Source: Eledone cirrhosa
Taxonomy: Eukaryota
DNA: 64,000 nucleotides
NCBI GenBank assembly: GCA_964016885.1
Contig: OZ024744.1
Location: 58,032,001-58,096,000 of the forward strand
Reading direction: 5' to 3'
The notes beneath the pieces are model-generated. The model was not told the DNA's origin and made no database searches. It was given only the letters and a program-made list of their open reading frames with translations. The translations under genes were made by a program, and so were the position numbers. Shown one piece after another: positions 14,958 to 28,328 of this stretch; positions within the stretch are counted from its first letter, which is position 1; every line of letters starts with the position of its first letter.

Positions 14958-15220
14958 GAGGCACATGGCTTAGTGGTTAGAGCATTGGCCTTGCAATCGA
15001 AAGGTTGTGAGTTCAATTCTCAGACCGGGTGATGTGTGTCCTTGAGCAAGACACTTTATTTCACATTGCTCCAGTTTACTCAGCTGTAGAAATGAGATGA
15101 TAGGGACTGCGGTCCATATCATTCCACTGCAAAGTGATCGTGGAGGTGCCATGGCAAAAAAGCACCCAGAACTCCAGTATGGCCACAGTCTAATAACTGA
15201 AACCAGTAAAAGAATGAAAG
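14958..15220 (+). mobile_element. tRNA-derived SINE, family B
   Basis: TGGCTTAGTGGTTAGAGC (box A), GAGTTCAATTC (box B), central CCTTGAGCAAGACACTT; homolog at 35261. Confidence 0.85.
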
Positions 15221-16099
15221 AATACAGTCAAGACAATATCTGAAAATATAGACCTATGAATTTACTGTAATTCTTTTTTGAACAACCACTTATAGAAAGT
15301 AGTTGTTATTGATTTCATCATCTGAGAGAGTTAATCTTCGACCTTAAACTGACAATTGTTACAGACAAATTATTTCACAGATTTCCTATCATGTTCATTA
15401 AACAAAATAAAAGAAACTGGGATTTGCAACAACAAAAGTGATTTTAAAATAATTTTTTTTTTTTTTTTGATTGACAAATAATTATTTCTCTGTCAGTTTT
15501 CTTCTCAAGTTCTCCATTTAAACTCTTGAAAAGCGAGCAAGATAATCTTCTTTGAGTAGAAGGTTCCATTTAATGTTCTGTTTTGCCAATAATATATAAG
15601 GCAACCATTAATATATTTGTACATTAGTAAGATAGTGTAACAAACATGCTGGCAGGTAACGTTAATCTTTTGCTCTGTACCACCATTTGATCAAAATCTT
15701 CCTCTACACTGTTACTACTAGAAATCTGTTTCCTAGACAACAAGGATTAGAACTTGTGAAATCTTATTGAAGTTTTATAATGCGGATTCAATATTCAACA
15801 TTCTGTGTGCTGTCCTCTGTTGTTAATCAAATCAGTTAAACAAATTATTTATGATATCTCTCACTATTTAAGCTGAATTCGAGGTTAACTTTGCCTTTCA
15901 TCCTTACGGGGTCGATAAAATAAAGTACCAGTAATACACTGGGTAATTTGCTGGCCTTGTGCCAAAAGTAGAAACAATTATTTAAGCTGAATTCAGTTTC
16001 ACTAGTTCATTTTTCACTTAATATATCAGCAAAGCATTCAATTGTATCTGGCATGCAAATCTCTTAGCAAAATGTCCAATCCATGAGCTCCAGACGTCT

Positions 16100-16270
16100 C
16101 TCATTTCTTAGATCAGTTGCATTCTGTCAGATCACACCATCATGACACGCATTTGATAAACTCTGGAATGGTGCAAGGTTTGGCTTTGTCCCCACACTCT
16201 TTCTCTTATACACCAACGACCTATACACCCACTCCTATGCAGATGATACCAGCTTTCATTTTTCCATAAC
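16100..16270 (+). pseudogene. Small CR1/Jockey-type RT fragment
   Basis: With one frameshift it translates to SGMVQG..SP/TLFLLYTNDL..HSYADDT. Confidence 0.55.
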
Positions 16271-16494
16271 CTTCTGCACTCAAGAATCATTCACATGCAA
16301 CAGAAATAACACCTCATGCTCCCAGTACACCCAGTAAAATAGTTTGCATTAGGAAGGGTATCCAACTATAGAAACGATAAAAAATGTGGAATGTATGAAC
16401 AAGTTGTGGTTGTCCAACCAGCTTAGGCCACAGACTGTGATGACCTATCCAACCCATGCCAGTACAGAAAGTGGATATAAAATGATGATGATGA

Positions 16495-16843
16495 TAAGGG
16501 TCTTGAGGGAGAAGTTGGGTTTAAGAGGAATGAGAAGTAGTGTGCAGGAGAGGGGATTGCGTTGGTACAGACATGTGATGTCCATAGATGATGATTGCTG
16601 GGTGAAGAAGTGCCAGGAAATCTCAGTAGAAAGGCAGTCGCAGTAGAGGAAGACTGAGAAAAACCTGGGCAGAGATGGTGAGAGCTGATCTCCAATCGCT
16701 GAGACTCACAAAGGATATGACGAAGGAATGTGGCTAGTGAAGAGATGCTGTGCTAAGGACACATCCAGCCCATGCAAGCATGAAAAAACAGATGTAAAAA
16801 CTAAGATGATAATTATGATGATGATGATGATGATGATGATGAT
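16495..16843 (+). mobile_element. RTE LINE 3' end
   Basis: LREKLGLRGMRSSVQERGLRWYRHVM..CWVKKC followed by an (ATG)n tail. Confidence 0.85.
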
Positions 16844-17649
16844 CTACATTTTATATAGTTTACATCCTCAGAGTGCCTAAATGTGACACAACCAGGGCTT
16901 GATTAACAATTAAAGGACATCAAAGGATGAGGGGTAAATTAAGTGTATTAGTCATTCCAAAAAATACTTTTTTACACACTTATATGAGGACACCATAATC
17001 TTTTAAGTGTTTAGGACTTCAAAAAATAAAGGACTTAATCTGGCCTTGATCAACATTTGTAGTCAATCAGTTTAGTTGTCAACTCTTGAAAAATTCCTCC
17101 AATCTGTTCAGTTAATTAGTTAATTAGTTAAACCTAATTATAAGCATGATTTTTTTTTCCAGACAACAATGTTATACACATGTTCCAGATGATTGGGTGG
17201 AAAGACCTTCTTTCTAAATGAATTCATAACTGCAATAAAACCAGTTATACTAGTTTAAGTTGAAAACAATACCTACTTGCGAACTTATCTCATCTATTGT
17301 ATAGGAAGTTACATCATGATTTTGATTTCCCCTCTTCCTATCTATCAATCTGTCTGACTGTCTCTCTCTGACAGTCTATCTCTTGCACTCTATGTATGTA
17401 TATATATATATATATGTGTGTGCATGTATGTGTGTATATATATATAAAAAATATATGTATATATATATATATATATATATAAAATTGCGAGTTTTAAGAA
17501 TTATTAGATAAAATATACCCAATCTTTCTTCACCCTAGTCCGTAGAAATCAACTAGATAAATAATCATTTAAATGGAGCTATAAGTTTAAAATGTAACTT
17601 CGAAGAAATAATAGACAAATGATACAGACTATTTTCCGCAAGGAACAGT

Positions 17650-18312
17650 CATCATCATCATCATCATCATCATCGTTTAACGTCCATGTTCCATGCTTGC
17701 ATGGGTTTGGACGGGAGTTTTCCCACTTGAGGCAAGAGTGGTTGTCTTGCTCGCATAGGACTGTCTGGCGGGTTTTCTACAGCTGGATGCCCTTCCTAAC
17801 ACCAACCACATTTACAGTGTGGGTCTGGGAGGTTTTTACCGTGTTGCCTACACGGCCACATTACAGCGTGGACTGTGTGTTTTTTTGACGTGACACCTAC
17901 ACGATCTCATTTGTTTCGGCCTGGATGTTGTGGGACCAACATAACTTTACATTGAAAGGGACGGTGTGGATGGGGTGGTGGAGGTGGGACGGGGGTGTAT
18001 TTTGTTAGAGATGCCTACTGACTGTAGTAGGTTTTACTTTGTATTTAGGTAAGGCGGGTCTTCTCTGTTACTGAGTACCGCCAAAGGTCTCGGTCCAGTG
18101 ACATTGTCTTGGTGAGGTGTAAGTGTGTGAGGTCGGAGTTTATCAGCTCGTCCCAGGTTTTTCTGGGTCTGCCTACTCCGTGGCTACCGTCTATCTTTAT
18201 TGCCCTGCACTTTGTTATACAGCTGTCGTCTTTCATGCGCATCACGTGACCATACCAACGTAGCCTTCTCTCGAGTAAACAACATCTAATCCCTCTTATT
18301 TCTAATTTTTTT
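17650..18312 (-). mobile_element. RTE LINE 3' fragment
   Basis: [37 protein letters not shown]; nearly identical to 52220-52880. Confidence 0.9.
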
Positions 18313-18429
18313 CAGATAAAATTTATCCAGTCTTTCCTCTTAGCCCATAGAAATTAACTAGACAAATAATCAATTAAACGGAGCTAAGTCTAAAATATAA
18401 GTTACAAGAAAAAATGCATATAAACTCCT

Positions 18430-18517
18430 AGTCCCGACTATCGATAGTTTCGCTCGTACTTTGTGGATATATCCAATCTTGGTATTATCCATGAGGCTTA
18501 GAGCTTATCAAGAGACT
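18430..18517 (-). ncRNA. Type I hammerhead ribozyme, U3-A8 covariant core
   Basis: Reverse complement: AGTCTC TTGATAA GCTC..GAGC GAAA CTATCGATAG TC GGGACT. Confidence 0.85.
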
Positions 18518-18730
18518 CCCTAATTTCTACGAACTAGGGTGAAGAAAGATTGGGTATATTTTATCTAATAATTCTTCAAACTTGCAATTTTATATATAGC
18601 TCTGATTAATAATTATTTGCTTAATTAAATCTTTCATTGAACCACACCGTGAAAGGTAGCCACACTCATATCTCTGACTATGTCTAAATATATACATATA
18701 TCCCTATGAATTTATTATATATATATATAT

Positions 18731-21700
18731 ATCATCATCATCATCATCATCGTTTAACATCTATCTTCCACGCTAGCATGGGTTTAGATGAGAATTGTCC
18801 CAGTTGAGGCAAGATTGGTTGTCTTGCTCGTATAGGACTGTCTGGATGCTCTTCCTAACACCAACCACGTTTACAGTGTGGACTGGATGTTGTGTTACCA
18901 ACATAACTTTACAGAGAAAGGGGTGGTGTTGATGGGGGGTGGGGTGTATATTTGATTAAGAGGTGCCTACTGGCTGTAGGTTTCGCTTTGTACTTAGGCA
19001 AGGCGAGTTTTCTGCATTACTGATAGCGCCAAAGATCTCGGTCCAGTGACATTGTCTTAGAGAGGTGTAAGTGTATGAGGTCGGTAGGGTGACCATGTCT
19101 CGCTCTTATAGGACGATCTGGCAGGTTTTATACGGCTGGATGCCCTTCCTAACACCAACCACGTTTACAGTGTGGAACTGGGAACTTTTTACCGTGTTAC
19201 CTACACGGCCACATAACAACATGGACTGTGTGTTTTTTTGTTGTGACACCTACACGATCTCAATCTCATTATCTCATTTATTTGGACTGAATGTTGTGGT
19301 CCCACCTGTACAGAGAGAGGGTGGTGTTGGTGGGAGTGGGAAGATAGGGTAGGGTAGTGGATTGGGGTATATATTTGGATAAGAGGTGCCTACTGATTGT
19401 AGGTTTTGCGTTGTACATAGGCAAGGCGGGTCTTCTGTATTACTGTGTAGCGCCAAGGTTCTCGGTCCAGAGACATTGTATTGGAGAGGTGTAAGTGTGA
19501 AAGATCAGAATTTATCAAATCGTCCCAGGTTTTTCTGGGTCTGCCTACTCCGTAACTTCCATCAATTTTGATCGCGCTGCACTTTTTTATACAGCTGTCG
19601 TCTTTCATGCGCATCACATGACCATATCAACGTAGTCTTCTCTCAGTTAAACAACATCTGATCCCTCTTATACCTAATTTCTCACTTAGTTCATTTATGC
19701 TTTGCTGTTCACGTATATTACTATTACACACCCAACGGAGCATGCAAGCTTCGTTCCTCTCCAGTCTATGCAGGTCCTCTGCACACAATGCCCAGGTCTC
19801 ACTGCCATGTAACATAGCTGTTCGTATGCAGGCATCATACAGTCTGCCTTTCATTTTTAGAGAGAAACCTTTAGCGGCCAATAGTTGTATAAGCTCTCTG
19901 AACTTTTTCCATCCCGTTCTGACTCTAGCTACTGTACTCTCAGAGCACCCTCCACCACTGCTGATTTTGTCACGCAGGTAACGGAAGGTGTCCACTATTT
20001 CTATAGAGCCATCTGGGCAATAGAAGGAGCTAGTATCCTGTGGGCACTTGCTACTTATTGCACCTGAGCACTGGCCACATATAAAATCTAAGTTCTTAGA
20101 TAGCTTACCTGTGATCCCACTACATCTTTTATGCACCCATACTTTGCATTTAGGACATAAAATGGTATTTCTGCCTACTCCTTTCCTACACACTGAGCAT
20201 CGCCATTTCCCAGAGGGGACCTGTGCCCTATTTTCCTTCCTACATACTAGAACTTTAGTCTTAGACAAGTTAACTTTAATGCCTTTTGATTCTAGGCCAT
20301 GCTTCCCTGTTTGGAATTTCTTCTCTAGTTCAGCCATCGATTCAGCTATGAGCGTTAGATCATCTGCATATAGGAGTTCCCATGGGCAGCCGGTCTTGAA
20401 CTCCTCTGTTATAGCCTGAAGGACAGAGCCCTGATGAACACCAACTTTTACGCTAAACTCTTCACTATATTCGTTGTTAATTCTAACCTTGCTGACTGTT
20501 TCTTTATACATGTCTTGTATAGCTCTCATAAGCCATTCATCAACCCCTAGTTTTCTAAGGGCCCACCAAATAATGGAGCGGGGTACTCTGTCAAATGCTT
20601 TCTCCAAGTCAACAAAAGCTAAGTAGAGGAGTTTACTTTTAGCTAGGTACTTCTCCTGTAGTTGTCATACAATGAAAAGAGCGTCTGTGGTACTTTTACC
20701 TGACACAAACCCAAACTGCATTTCATCTAGATCAATTCATTCTCTGATTAGTTACGCTATTACTTTTTCTGTGACCTTCATGACCTGGTCAATTAATTTA
20801 ATGCCTCTATAGTTGCCCCTATCTAGTGCATCACCTTTACCCTTGTAGCAGTTAATGATGATGCTGCTATGCCAGTCATTTGGTATGACCCCGTTCTGTA
20901 TGACTTGGTTTACTATCCGGGTGACCATAGTGTGTCCCACCGTTCCAGATGCTTTCAGCATTTCAGCAACTATCTCCGAAGGCCCAGCTGCCTTGCCTGT
21001 CTTCATATCTTTGATTGCTTTACTTATTATACTACCTTCAACTTGCACTGCTGGTCCCTCTATTCGATGGGGGGCAGACTATCTTTTTCCCATCGATGTG
21101 GGGCAGACTATCTTTTTCCCATTTATTCTCCTCATTTAGTAGCCTCTCATAGTGACACTTCCAAGCTACCTTCTTATCAGTGTCAGTGATGGCAAGTACA
21201 CCATCCTCATTATGGACACACTTCTCCCCGACAATATCACGGATTTCCTTGACACATTGCCTAGCAATCCTGAACACCTCATGTTTTTGGTCCTCGCGTT
21301 GTAGAACATGCTTGAACTTTCTTTCCTCTGCTTCCCTTCTTGCAAAGTACATTTGTCTCCTAGCTTCCCTCCTGGCCACTTGATAGTGTTCTCTATTTCC
21401 CCCATCCCACCATACTTTCCAAGCCTGCTTTTTGGCCTTGATTGACTCCTCCACCTTACTGTTCCACCACCAAGTTACTCTCCTCCTGCCTATAGGTCTG
21501 CTCCAGCCACAGATTTCATCTGTCGCCTTCAGCAGGTTAACTTTCAGGAATTCCACTGTTCCTCTATATTGTACATCTCTAATTGCTCTTCCTTACTGTC
21601 AAAAGTAATATGCTTTTAAATTTGTTATTGGCTGTGAGGTCCTTTAACTTCCATTTTCTTCTCCTTAGGGTAGTCCTCCTCTGTTGTCGAGTATGTCTCG

Positions 21701-21985
21701 TCCTGACTATGAGGTCGCTAACTATGAGGCTATGTTGGGAGGTGCATTCTTCATGGGGAAGGGATTTAGTGTTTACAACAGACACTCTATCACATCTTCT
21801 GGTAAGGATATAACCTATCTGGCTGGTGTGTTCCCCTGATCTATAGGTGATCAAGTGATTGTCTCGTTTTTTGAAGTTTGTGTTACAGATAGATAGGTTA
21901 TTTGTGTCACAGAATTCCAAGATTCTGGAGCCTTCCTCATTTCTAGTACCAACCCCATAGCCTCCATGGATTCCGTCATAGCCGT
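18731..21985 (-). mobile_element. RTE-clade LINE (partial APE + RT), decayed
   Basis: APE C-terminus (RNEEGSRILEFC..CNTNFKK..ITYRSG..SQHSL), RT (KGKGDALDRGNYRGIKL, DLEKAFDRVP, GVHQGSVL, LLYADDL), Cys-rich insert, (ATG)n tail; partial 3' duplication at 18731-19080. Confidence 0.95.
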
Positions 21986-22597
21986 ATATATATATATAAT
22001 ATACATACATAGTCGTATATATATATATACATACATACATATACATTTATGTCTATGTTTCTTTCTGTCACTGTCTCTATTTTTCATTTTTCTCTCCCCC
22101 ACCCCCACCCCACACTTTCTCTTCATATGACATTTGAAGAAACTACAATAACACCACAACAAACATTGCATGTCAACTATCTATGTCACAACACACATTA
22201 CTTTCTGCATCTATATGTTATACATATGTACACACACACATACACATATATACATCCACACACTTGCACACACAGACTCACACACCTAAACACTCACGCA
22301 CACATAGTCATGCAAACGCACAAATATATGTGTGTTTTCGTTTGTGTATGAATAATGTATTTGTCTGTGTGCATGTGTATGTATATATAACTGCCTATAA
22401 ATACTTACACATACACACACATAATCATCATCATCATCATCGTCACTGTTTGAAGTCCATTTTTCCATGCTAGCATGGGTTCCACAACTTGCCCCATTGT
22501 GAGACAAGTCAGGTCTGATGACCATGTCTTGCTCATACAGAACTGATTTTGACTTGGTTTCTACAGCTGGATGCCCTTCCTAACACCAACCACATTT

Positions 22598-23282
22598 ATA
22601 GTGTGGACTGGGTGCTTTTTGTTATGTCACCAACATGACCACTTTACAGTGTGGACTGGGTGCTTTTTGTTATGTCACCAACATGACCACTTTACAGTGT
22701 GGTCTGGGTGCTTTTTGTTATGTCACCAACATGACCACTTTACAGTGTGGTCTGGGTGCTTTTTGTTATGTCACCAACATGACCACTTTACAGTGTGGTC
22801 TGGGTGCTTTTTGTTATGTCACCAACATGACCACTTTACAGTGTGGACTGGGTGCTTTTTGTTGTGTCACCAACATGACCACTTTACAGTGTGGACTGGG
22901 TGCTTTTTGTTATGTCACCAACATGACCACTTTACAGTGTGGTCTGGGTGCTTTTTGTTATGTCACCAACATGACCACTTTACAGTGTGGTCTGGGTGCT
23001 TTTTGTTATGTCACCAACATGACCACTTTACAGTGTGGTCTGGGTGCTTTTTGTTATGTCACCAACATGACCACTTTACAGTGTGGTCTGGGTGCTTTTT
23101 GTTATGTCACCAACATGACCACTTTACAGTGTGGTCTGGGTGCTTTTTTGTCGTGACACCTCTACGACCACTTTACAGTGTGGTCTGGGTGCTTTTTGTT
23201 ATGTCACCAACATGACTACTTTACAGTGTGGTCTGGGTGCTTTTTTGTCGTGACACCTGTACGACCACATTACAGTGTGGGC
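22598..23282. repeat. 48-bp tandem minisatellite, ~14 copies, within an RTE-type 3' UTR (22424-23465)
   Basis: Unit CATGACCACTTTACAGTGTGGTCTGGGTGCTTTTTGTTATGTCACCAA, head-to-tail with no spacers. Confidence 0.95.
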
Positions 23283-23468
23283 TGGCGATTTGTGTGGGGG
23301 AGATGTGTGGAGATTGAGGAGGTAGATCTAGAGGCATGTTTGAGGGAGCAGAGTGTTTGGGCATGGGTGGAGTGTTAGGATGCGGGAAGTGCAGGAGGAC
23401 AGGGAACGAAGGGAGGGGTGTTAGGATGTGGAGTGTATGGAAGGGTAAGGTGGGAAGGTGGTGCATAC

Positions 23469-23501
<33 letters not shown>

Positions 23502-23522
23502 ATATATAGGAAAATGTTCAAG

Positions 23523-23616
23523 ACCCCGACGGCAGAGCTCAAGCCGTTTCGATGGCTATTTCTGGACTAAATTAGATTTTTAGCGTGGTAATAAATAGCC
23601 AAACTTTTGAAGGGGT
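23523..23616 (-). ncRNA. Hammerhead ribozyme, probably inactivated (G5C on a U3-A8 core)
   Basis: Reverse complement: ACCCC TTCAAAA G tTTGGCTATTT..AAATAGCCA TC GAAA CGGC ttgagctct GCCG TC GGGGT. Confidence 0.65.
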
Positions 23617-24139
23617 AATTCCATATATGGGAAGATTGTAGTTGACAGAAGGATTGGTCAAAATTTCTTGTAAACACAATTAAATCTTTCATGGCGGTGG
23701 GTGGGAAGTGGGGGTGGCTGAACTTGCCTGTAGAACAATGAGGGAGTGGGTGGAGCCGGTGAAGCGTTGAAAGTGAATTCTATACAACAAATTCTAAGGA
23801 GTGTGTAAGAAATCAGGTTAGGTAGAAAGCAGGCGAAAAAAGAATTCTGGAGGAATCTGAGAGTGGGAAGTTATAAAATTAAAAGGTTAATAAATTGAGA
23901 TTAAAAAAATTCAAAATAATAAATAAAAATAATAATAATATTAACAAATTATATAATAATTGTTGTTAATAATTTAACATTAAAAATATATGTTACCACG
24001 AAAAATTCCATTAAAAAAATCATGGAAGATATAAACAATTATTAGTTAAGTTCTAAGGTAAATTCCATGAATAACTGGGACTGTGAATGCCGGGACCATG
24101 AATGCCAGCGCCATGAATGCCGGGGTTACTCACTTAGTA

Positions 24140-25510
24140 ACAGCCAGCCCAGAGGGTACACTGAGCCACTTTCTGGTATAGTTACTAATTAATCTTTCCA
24201 TTGCCTCAACTTTGCTAGTGGAAATCTCCTACATAAGGAAAAGCCATAGTAGCATTGGTATAAACATGTGTTGGAGGCACCATACCTTGTATTTCCCAGG
24301 CAATGAGCAACAGTCAATTTTCTTAAGATCTTTGGCTGTTGTGTTAACCATCTCGTTCACCTGGTTGGTATCTTTCAAGGAGTCATTGTACCATCTCCAC
24401 AGATTCATTACTGGCTCTTGTGATACTGTTGGGATTCTTTGGGCGCCCACATTAAAGTTGGTTCCTTGACTTACATTCCCTTTCCTCAGAGAGAAACAAA
24501 TGGTTTGAAAGTCATCAGACATCAGTTCACAAGGTCATCAAGTTGACTGAGTAGATTCCACGTCTCTTTGGATGCTAAGATAGTGGTGTCATCCATAAAG
24601 TCCTTCGGTGGTGGCATTTGACTTTCTACACCCAAGTCTACTGGTTTTGCCTTATTTTCTGCAGTTCTGAGTAACACCTACATTGTCAGATCAAAGATTA
24701 TTAGGGAAATTGTACATCCCATTGCAACTCCCACTTCAAGTTGAACCCAATCAGTTGTGTAGTCTCTGGTGCTGAATGGCATATGGAATCCATTAAGTAA
24801 GACTCAAGCATTTTGCATATGTGGTACATCTGGAGAGACATTTGTATCATCTGTTAAGTTACAGAACTATAGGCATTCGCCAAATCCAATAAGACCTCAT
24901 CTAAATCTGTCTTTTTTTTTTTTGCTTTCTGGATAGCCTCCCATATCCTGCTCCCATGTTCCAGGCAACTAGCAGCTCCAGGGTCTCCATCCTTCTGAAC
25001 CAATGTGTTGATATACCCATTGGGAAGTAGATAACTGGTTAGTCTCCATGCAGTCACTGTGAAGAATATCTTTCCATCTGCATTCAGGAGTGATATTTAG
25101 TGGAATTTGCTGACGCCTTCTGACTTTTGCTCCATATGGTTGTACACCCCATCTGCTTTCATCCACTGGCTACTGACATGAAGGTTCTTCCATGCCTCCT
25201 TCAGGTTATCATGTAACCACTTTAAGACTTTGGGACACCTCTTATAAAGCAGGAAATTATACCATTTGAGCCAGGAGCTTGCTTTATAGACAACTCATTT
25301 AATCTCTGGGAGTGATAGAAGCTTCATGCTCAGTTCTACTCCAGTACAGTCAGGCCATACCAAGTTTCTACTGTGTTCCAGTGGAATGTGGTGCTTGGAG
25401 GTTTGAATATGTCTTCTTCAAGAGTTCTTCCAAGGAATCCTGTTCTATTACGAGTTCCGCTGATCTTAGTTGATCAAAAATATTCCTAGAAGAACCAATC
25501 CTGTTCTCTC
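24140..25510 (-). mobile_element. HERO-like non-LTR retrotransposon RT remnant
   Basis: CLEH..IWEAIQKAK..DL..LLDLANAYSSV, GVAMGCTIS, FMDDTTI, KIDCCSLPGKYKVWCLQHMFIPMLLW; many stops and frameshifts. Confidence 0.75.
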
Positions 25511-25629
25511 CTTCACTTCAGCCATTTGTTTCTCAAGTGTGTGTGTCTATGTACATATATGTGTACGTATGTAAGTATGTATGTGTGTGTATTTATATAT
25601 GTATATGTGTGAGTGTGTATATGTATGAA

Positions 25630-26610
25630 TGTTATGTCAGGTCTCTCTCGAGTGCTACTGGTAACATGTAACCCAGTACCACCTGTCTCATGGTCGGCGA
25701 CTAAACCGGCAACCCCACCAAGCTTGCTTGGTGAAGAGGGTGATATTTGTATACCCTGTGGGATGAAATACAAGACCCAGCAAAGGGCAGAGGAACGCAA
25801 CAGAGTCAACAGCCATCCAAATAGTACTTTTTTTCCCCCCAGTTGTTGTCACAACACCTTTCTAGGAGAGGGAAACTCTGACAAAAAAACCTGCGGCTTC
25901 GGAAGTATCCAATGACAAATTCTCCTTTTCGGGTAGTGTTTTCGATGCTCAGAGAGTGGGATTGGTCGAGTGCAAGGCCTTTGCCCACTTAAAAAAAACC
26001 TTCAAAGCCCAGGCATTGCTTCTTCAGGATATGTTACGGGTTCATGTGGCTGGCCGTAGCCTAAAAGTGCACCATTTTCTGTAATCTGACAAACGCTTGC
26101 AATACTTGCAATACTCTTAGCAGAGTTTGCACCCACTATGTATGAATGTACATATGTATGTATGTATGTACGTACTTATGAAAGTATGTTTGTACATATG
26201 TATGTATGTGTGTTATGTCAGGTCCCTCTTCAGCGCTACTGGTAACATGTAATCCAGTCCAACCTGTGCATGGTTGGGTCATTGGCTACTAAACCAGCAA
26301 CCCCACCAAGCTTGGTGATATTGGACACCCTGCAGGATGAAAAATGTTAAAGGGTGGAGGAACTCAGGAGAGTTAATGGCCAGCCAATAAAGTGTTTTCT
26401 TTTGTGGAGCGAGTGACTCCTTGTCTTCATTAAGGCATCTCTTGAGGGGAAGGTCACTTTGATATAAAACCTGTGACTTCGTTTGCATCCAATGATGTAG
26501 ACCAGTTCTTCTTTTGGGGTAAATGCATTCAATGTTGAGAGTGAGATTGGCTCTGTGAAAGCCTTTCCCTACTTAAAAAAGCTTCAAGCACAGGCATCGC
26601 TTGATATGTG
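25630..26610 (+). repeat. Two diverged copies of a ~400-480-bp element (possible LINE 5' UTR or non-autonomous element)
   Basis: TGTTATGTCAGGTC..GCTACTGGTAACATGTAA..CTAAACC.GCAACCCCACCAAGCTTG..ACTTAAAAAA at ~25630 and ~26211. Confidence 0.7.
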
Positions 26611-27733
26611 ACATTATTTGCAAATTGGCAGTATCGGTAGAAAGTCGGACGCCATGCTTTGACGCATAGAGTTACAGCCTTTGCCATTCTGAGTTCAAAT
26701 CCCGCCGAGGTTAATTTGCCTTTCATCCTTACGGGGTCGATAAAATAAAGTACCAGTAATGCACTGGGGTAATTGCTGGCCTTGTGCCAAAAGTAGAAAC
26801 AATTATTTGCAATGCATTGTATTGTTGGCAAGTCCCTAACAGGACTAAAAAGCCATGTCCATGATGCTCATGTTTAAGTATCAAGCGGTGGCATTACTCG
26901 TAATCGAGTTGCAGCCATCATGTATATATGTATATATGTCAGTATGTGTGTATATGTGAGGTTTGTATATAAGTATGTATCTATGTATGCATGTATGTAG
27001 GTTTATATGTATGTATGTACATACATACATATGTATGCACAAATGAAAATAAATGCTTCAATGGAGAAGTACAGATGCTTTTTGCAAGCCATGCACCCAA
27101 ACTGTTGAGATTCATTCAGTTGACCTTTAACCTGAAGGTCTTCAGATCAGTGTCAACAAGACAAATCCTAGGGGAACATGGAAGAGTCGCATCTGATCTA
27201 CGTGTCTGTTATAGTCATCTAGACAAACAGATGGTTATGTCAAACTGGGTGAATAGTGGGACAAGGTGGGGGAGACTGTATGCCACTATGCAGGTGTGTG
27301 TGTGTGTACATATAAATATATATATATCATTATCATAATCATTAATGTCCATTTTCCATGCTAGTATGAGTTAGAGGGGTCGTCCTGTTTGAGGCAAGTC
27401 AGGTCAGGTGACCATATCTTGCTCATTTTGAACAATTTCTGGCTTGGTTTCTATGACTGGATGCCCTTCCTGATGTCAACCAGTTTACAGTGTGTGGTGG
27501 GTGCTTTTTATCAGGACACCTATACAACCACTTTAGTATAATATATAGGTGGATAGTGGAGCAAGGTTGGGGAGACTGTAGGTCTCTATGCAGGTGTGTG
27601 TATATATATATCATCATCATCAACATTGTTTAATGTCCATAATATATACAGAAAATATTGATGTAAGTTCTACTTAGACCTGTTTCTTCAATGGTCAGTA
27701 AACAACTGGGTGGAGAAGAACTAGTTTGATATA

Positions 27734-27777
<44 letters not shown>

Positions 27778-28328
27778 CATCATCATCATCATCATTTTAC
27801 GTCCGCTTTTCCCTGCTTGCAAGGGTGGGACGGGTCTTATTCAGCACAGCATCTCTCCACTCGTCACGGTCCCTCGTCATCTGCACCGTGAGCTTCAATG
27901 ATCTGAGGTCTGTTCTCACCACCTCCGCCCATGTTTTTCGTGGTCTACCTCTACCACGTCTTCCTTCAACTGGCAATTCCTGGCACTTCTTCACCCATCG
28001 GTCATCCTCCATGCGCATCACATGTCCATACCACCTCAGTCTCCTCTCCCGTACACTACATTCTATCCCTCTCAGACACAGTTTCTCTCTCAACACATTT
28101 ATGCTGGGTCGTTCACGCACATTTACACTACACATCCAACGGAGCATGCTTGCCTCATTTCTCTCCAGCCGTCGCATATCCTCTGCAGTTGCTGCCCATG
28201 TCTCACTACCATGCAGCATCGCGCTCCTCACACAGGCATCATACAACCGGCCTTTCGTACGCAGGGAGAAACCCTTCTTCGTCAACAGAGGAAGCAGCTC
28301 CCTAAACTTCTTCCAACCCGTCCTTATA
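27778..28328 (-). mobile_element. RTE LINE 3' fragment (second subfamily, stop codon directly before the tail)
   Basis: Open frame [45 protein letters not shown] then (ATG)n. Confidence 0.9.

Larger units (their letters stand above)
17478..18594. repeat. TA-flanked module with ~72-bp terminal inverted repeats, containing an HHR and interrupted by an RTE
   Basis: 17478-17549 is the reverse complement of 18523-18594; HHR at 18430-18517; RTE at 17650-18312. Confidence 0.75.

Noticed and set aside
14958-15030. tRNA gene
   Set aside because: A/B boxes are present but there is no proper cloverleaf and it runs into a SINE body; the same applies to family A heads
22598-23282. CRISPR-like array or Cys/His repeat protein
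   Set aside because: No unique spacers, no cas genes, eukaryotic context; the unit derives from a LINE 3' UTR
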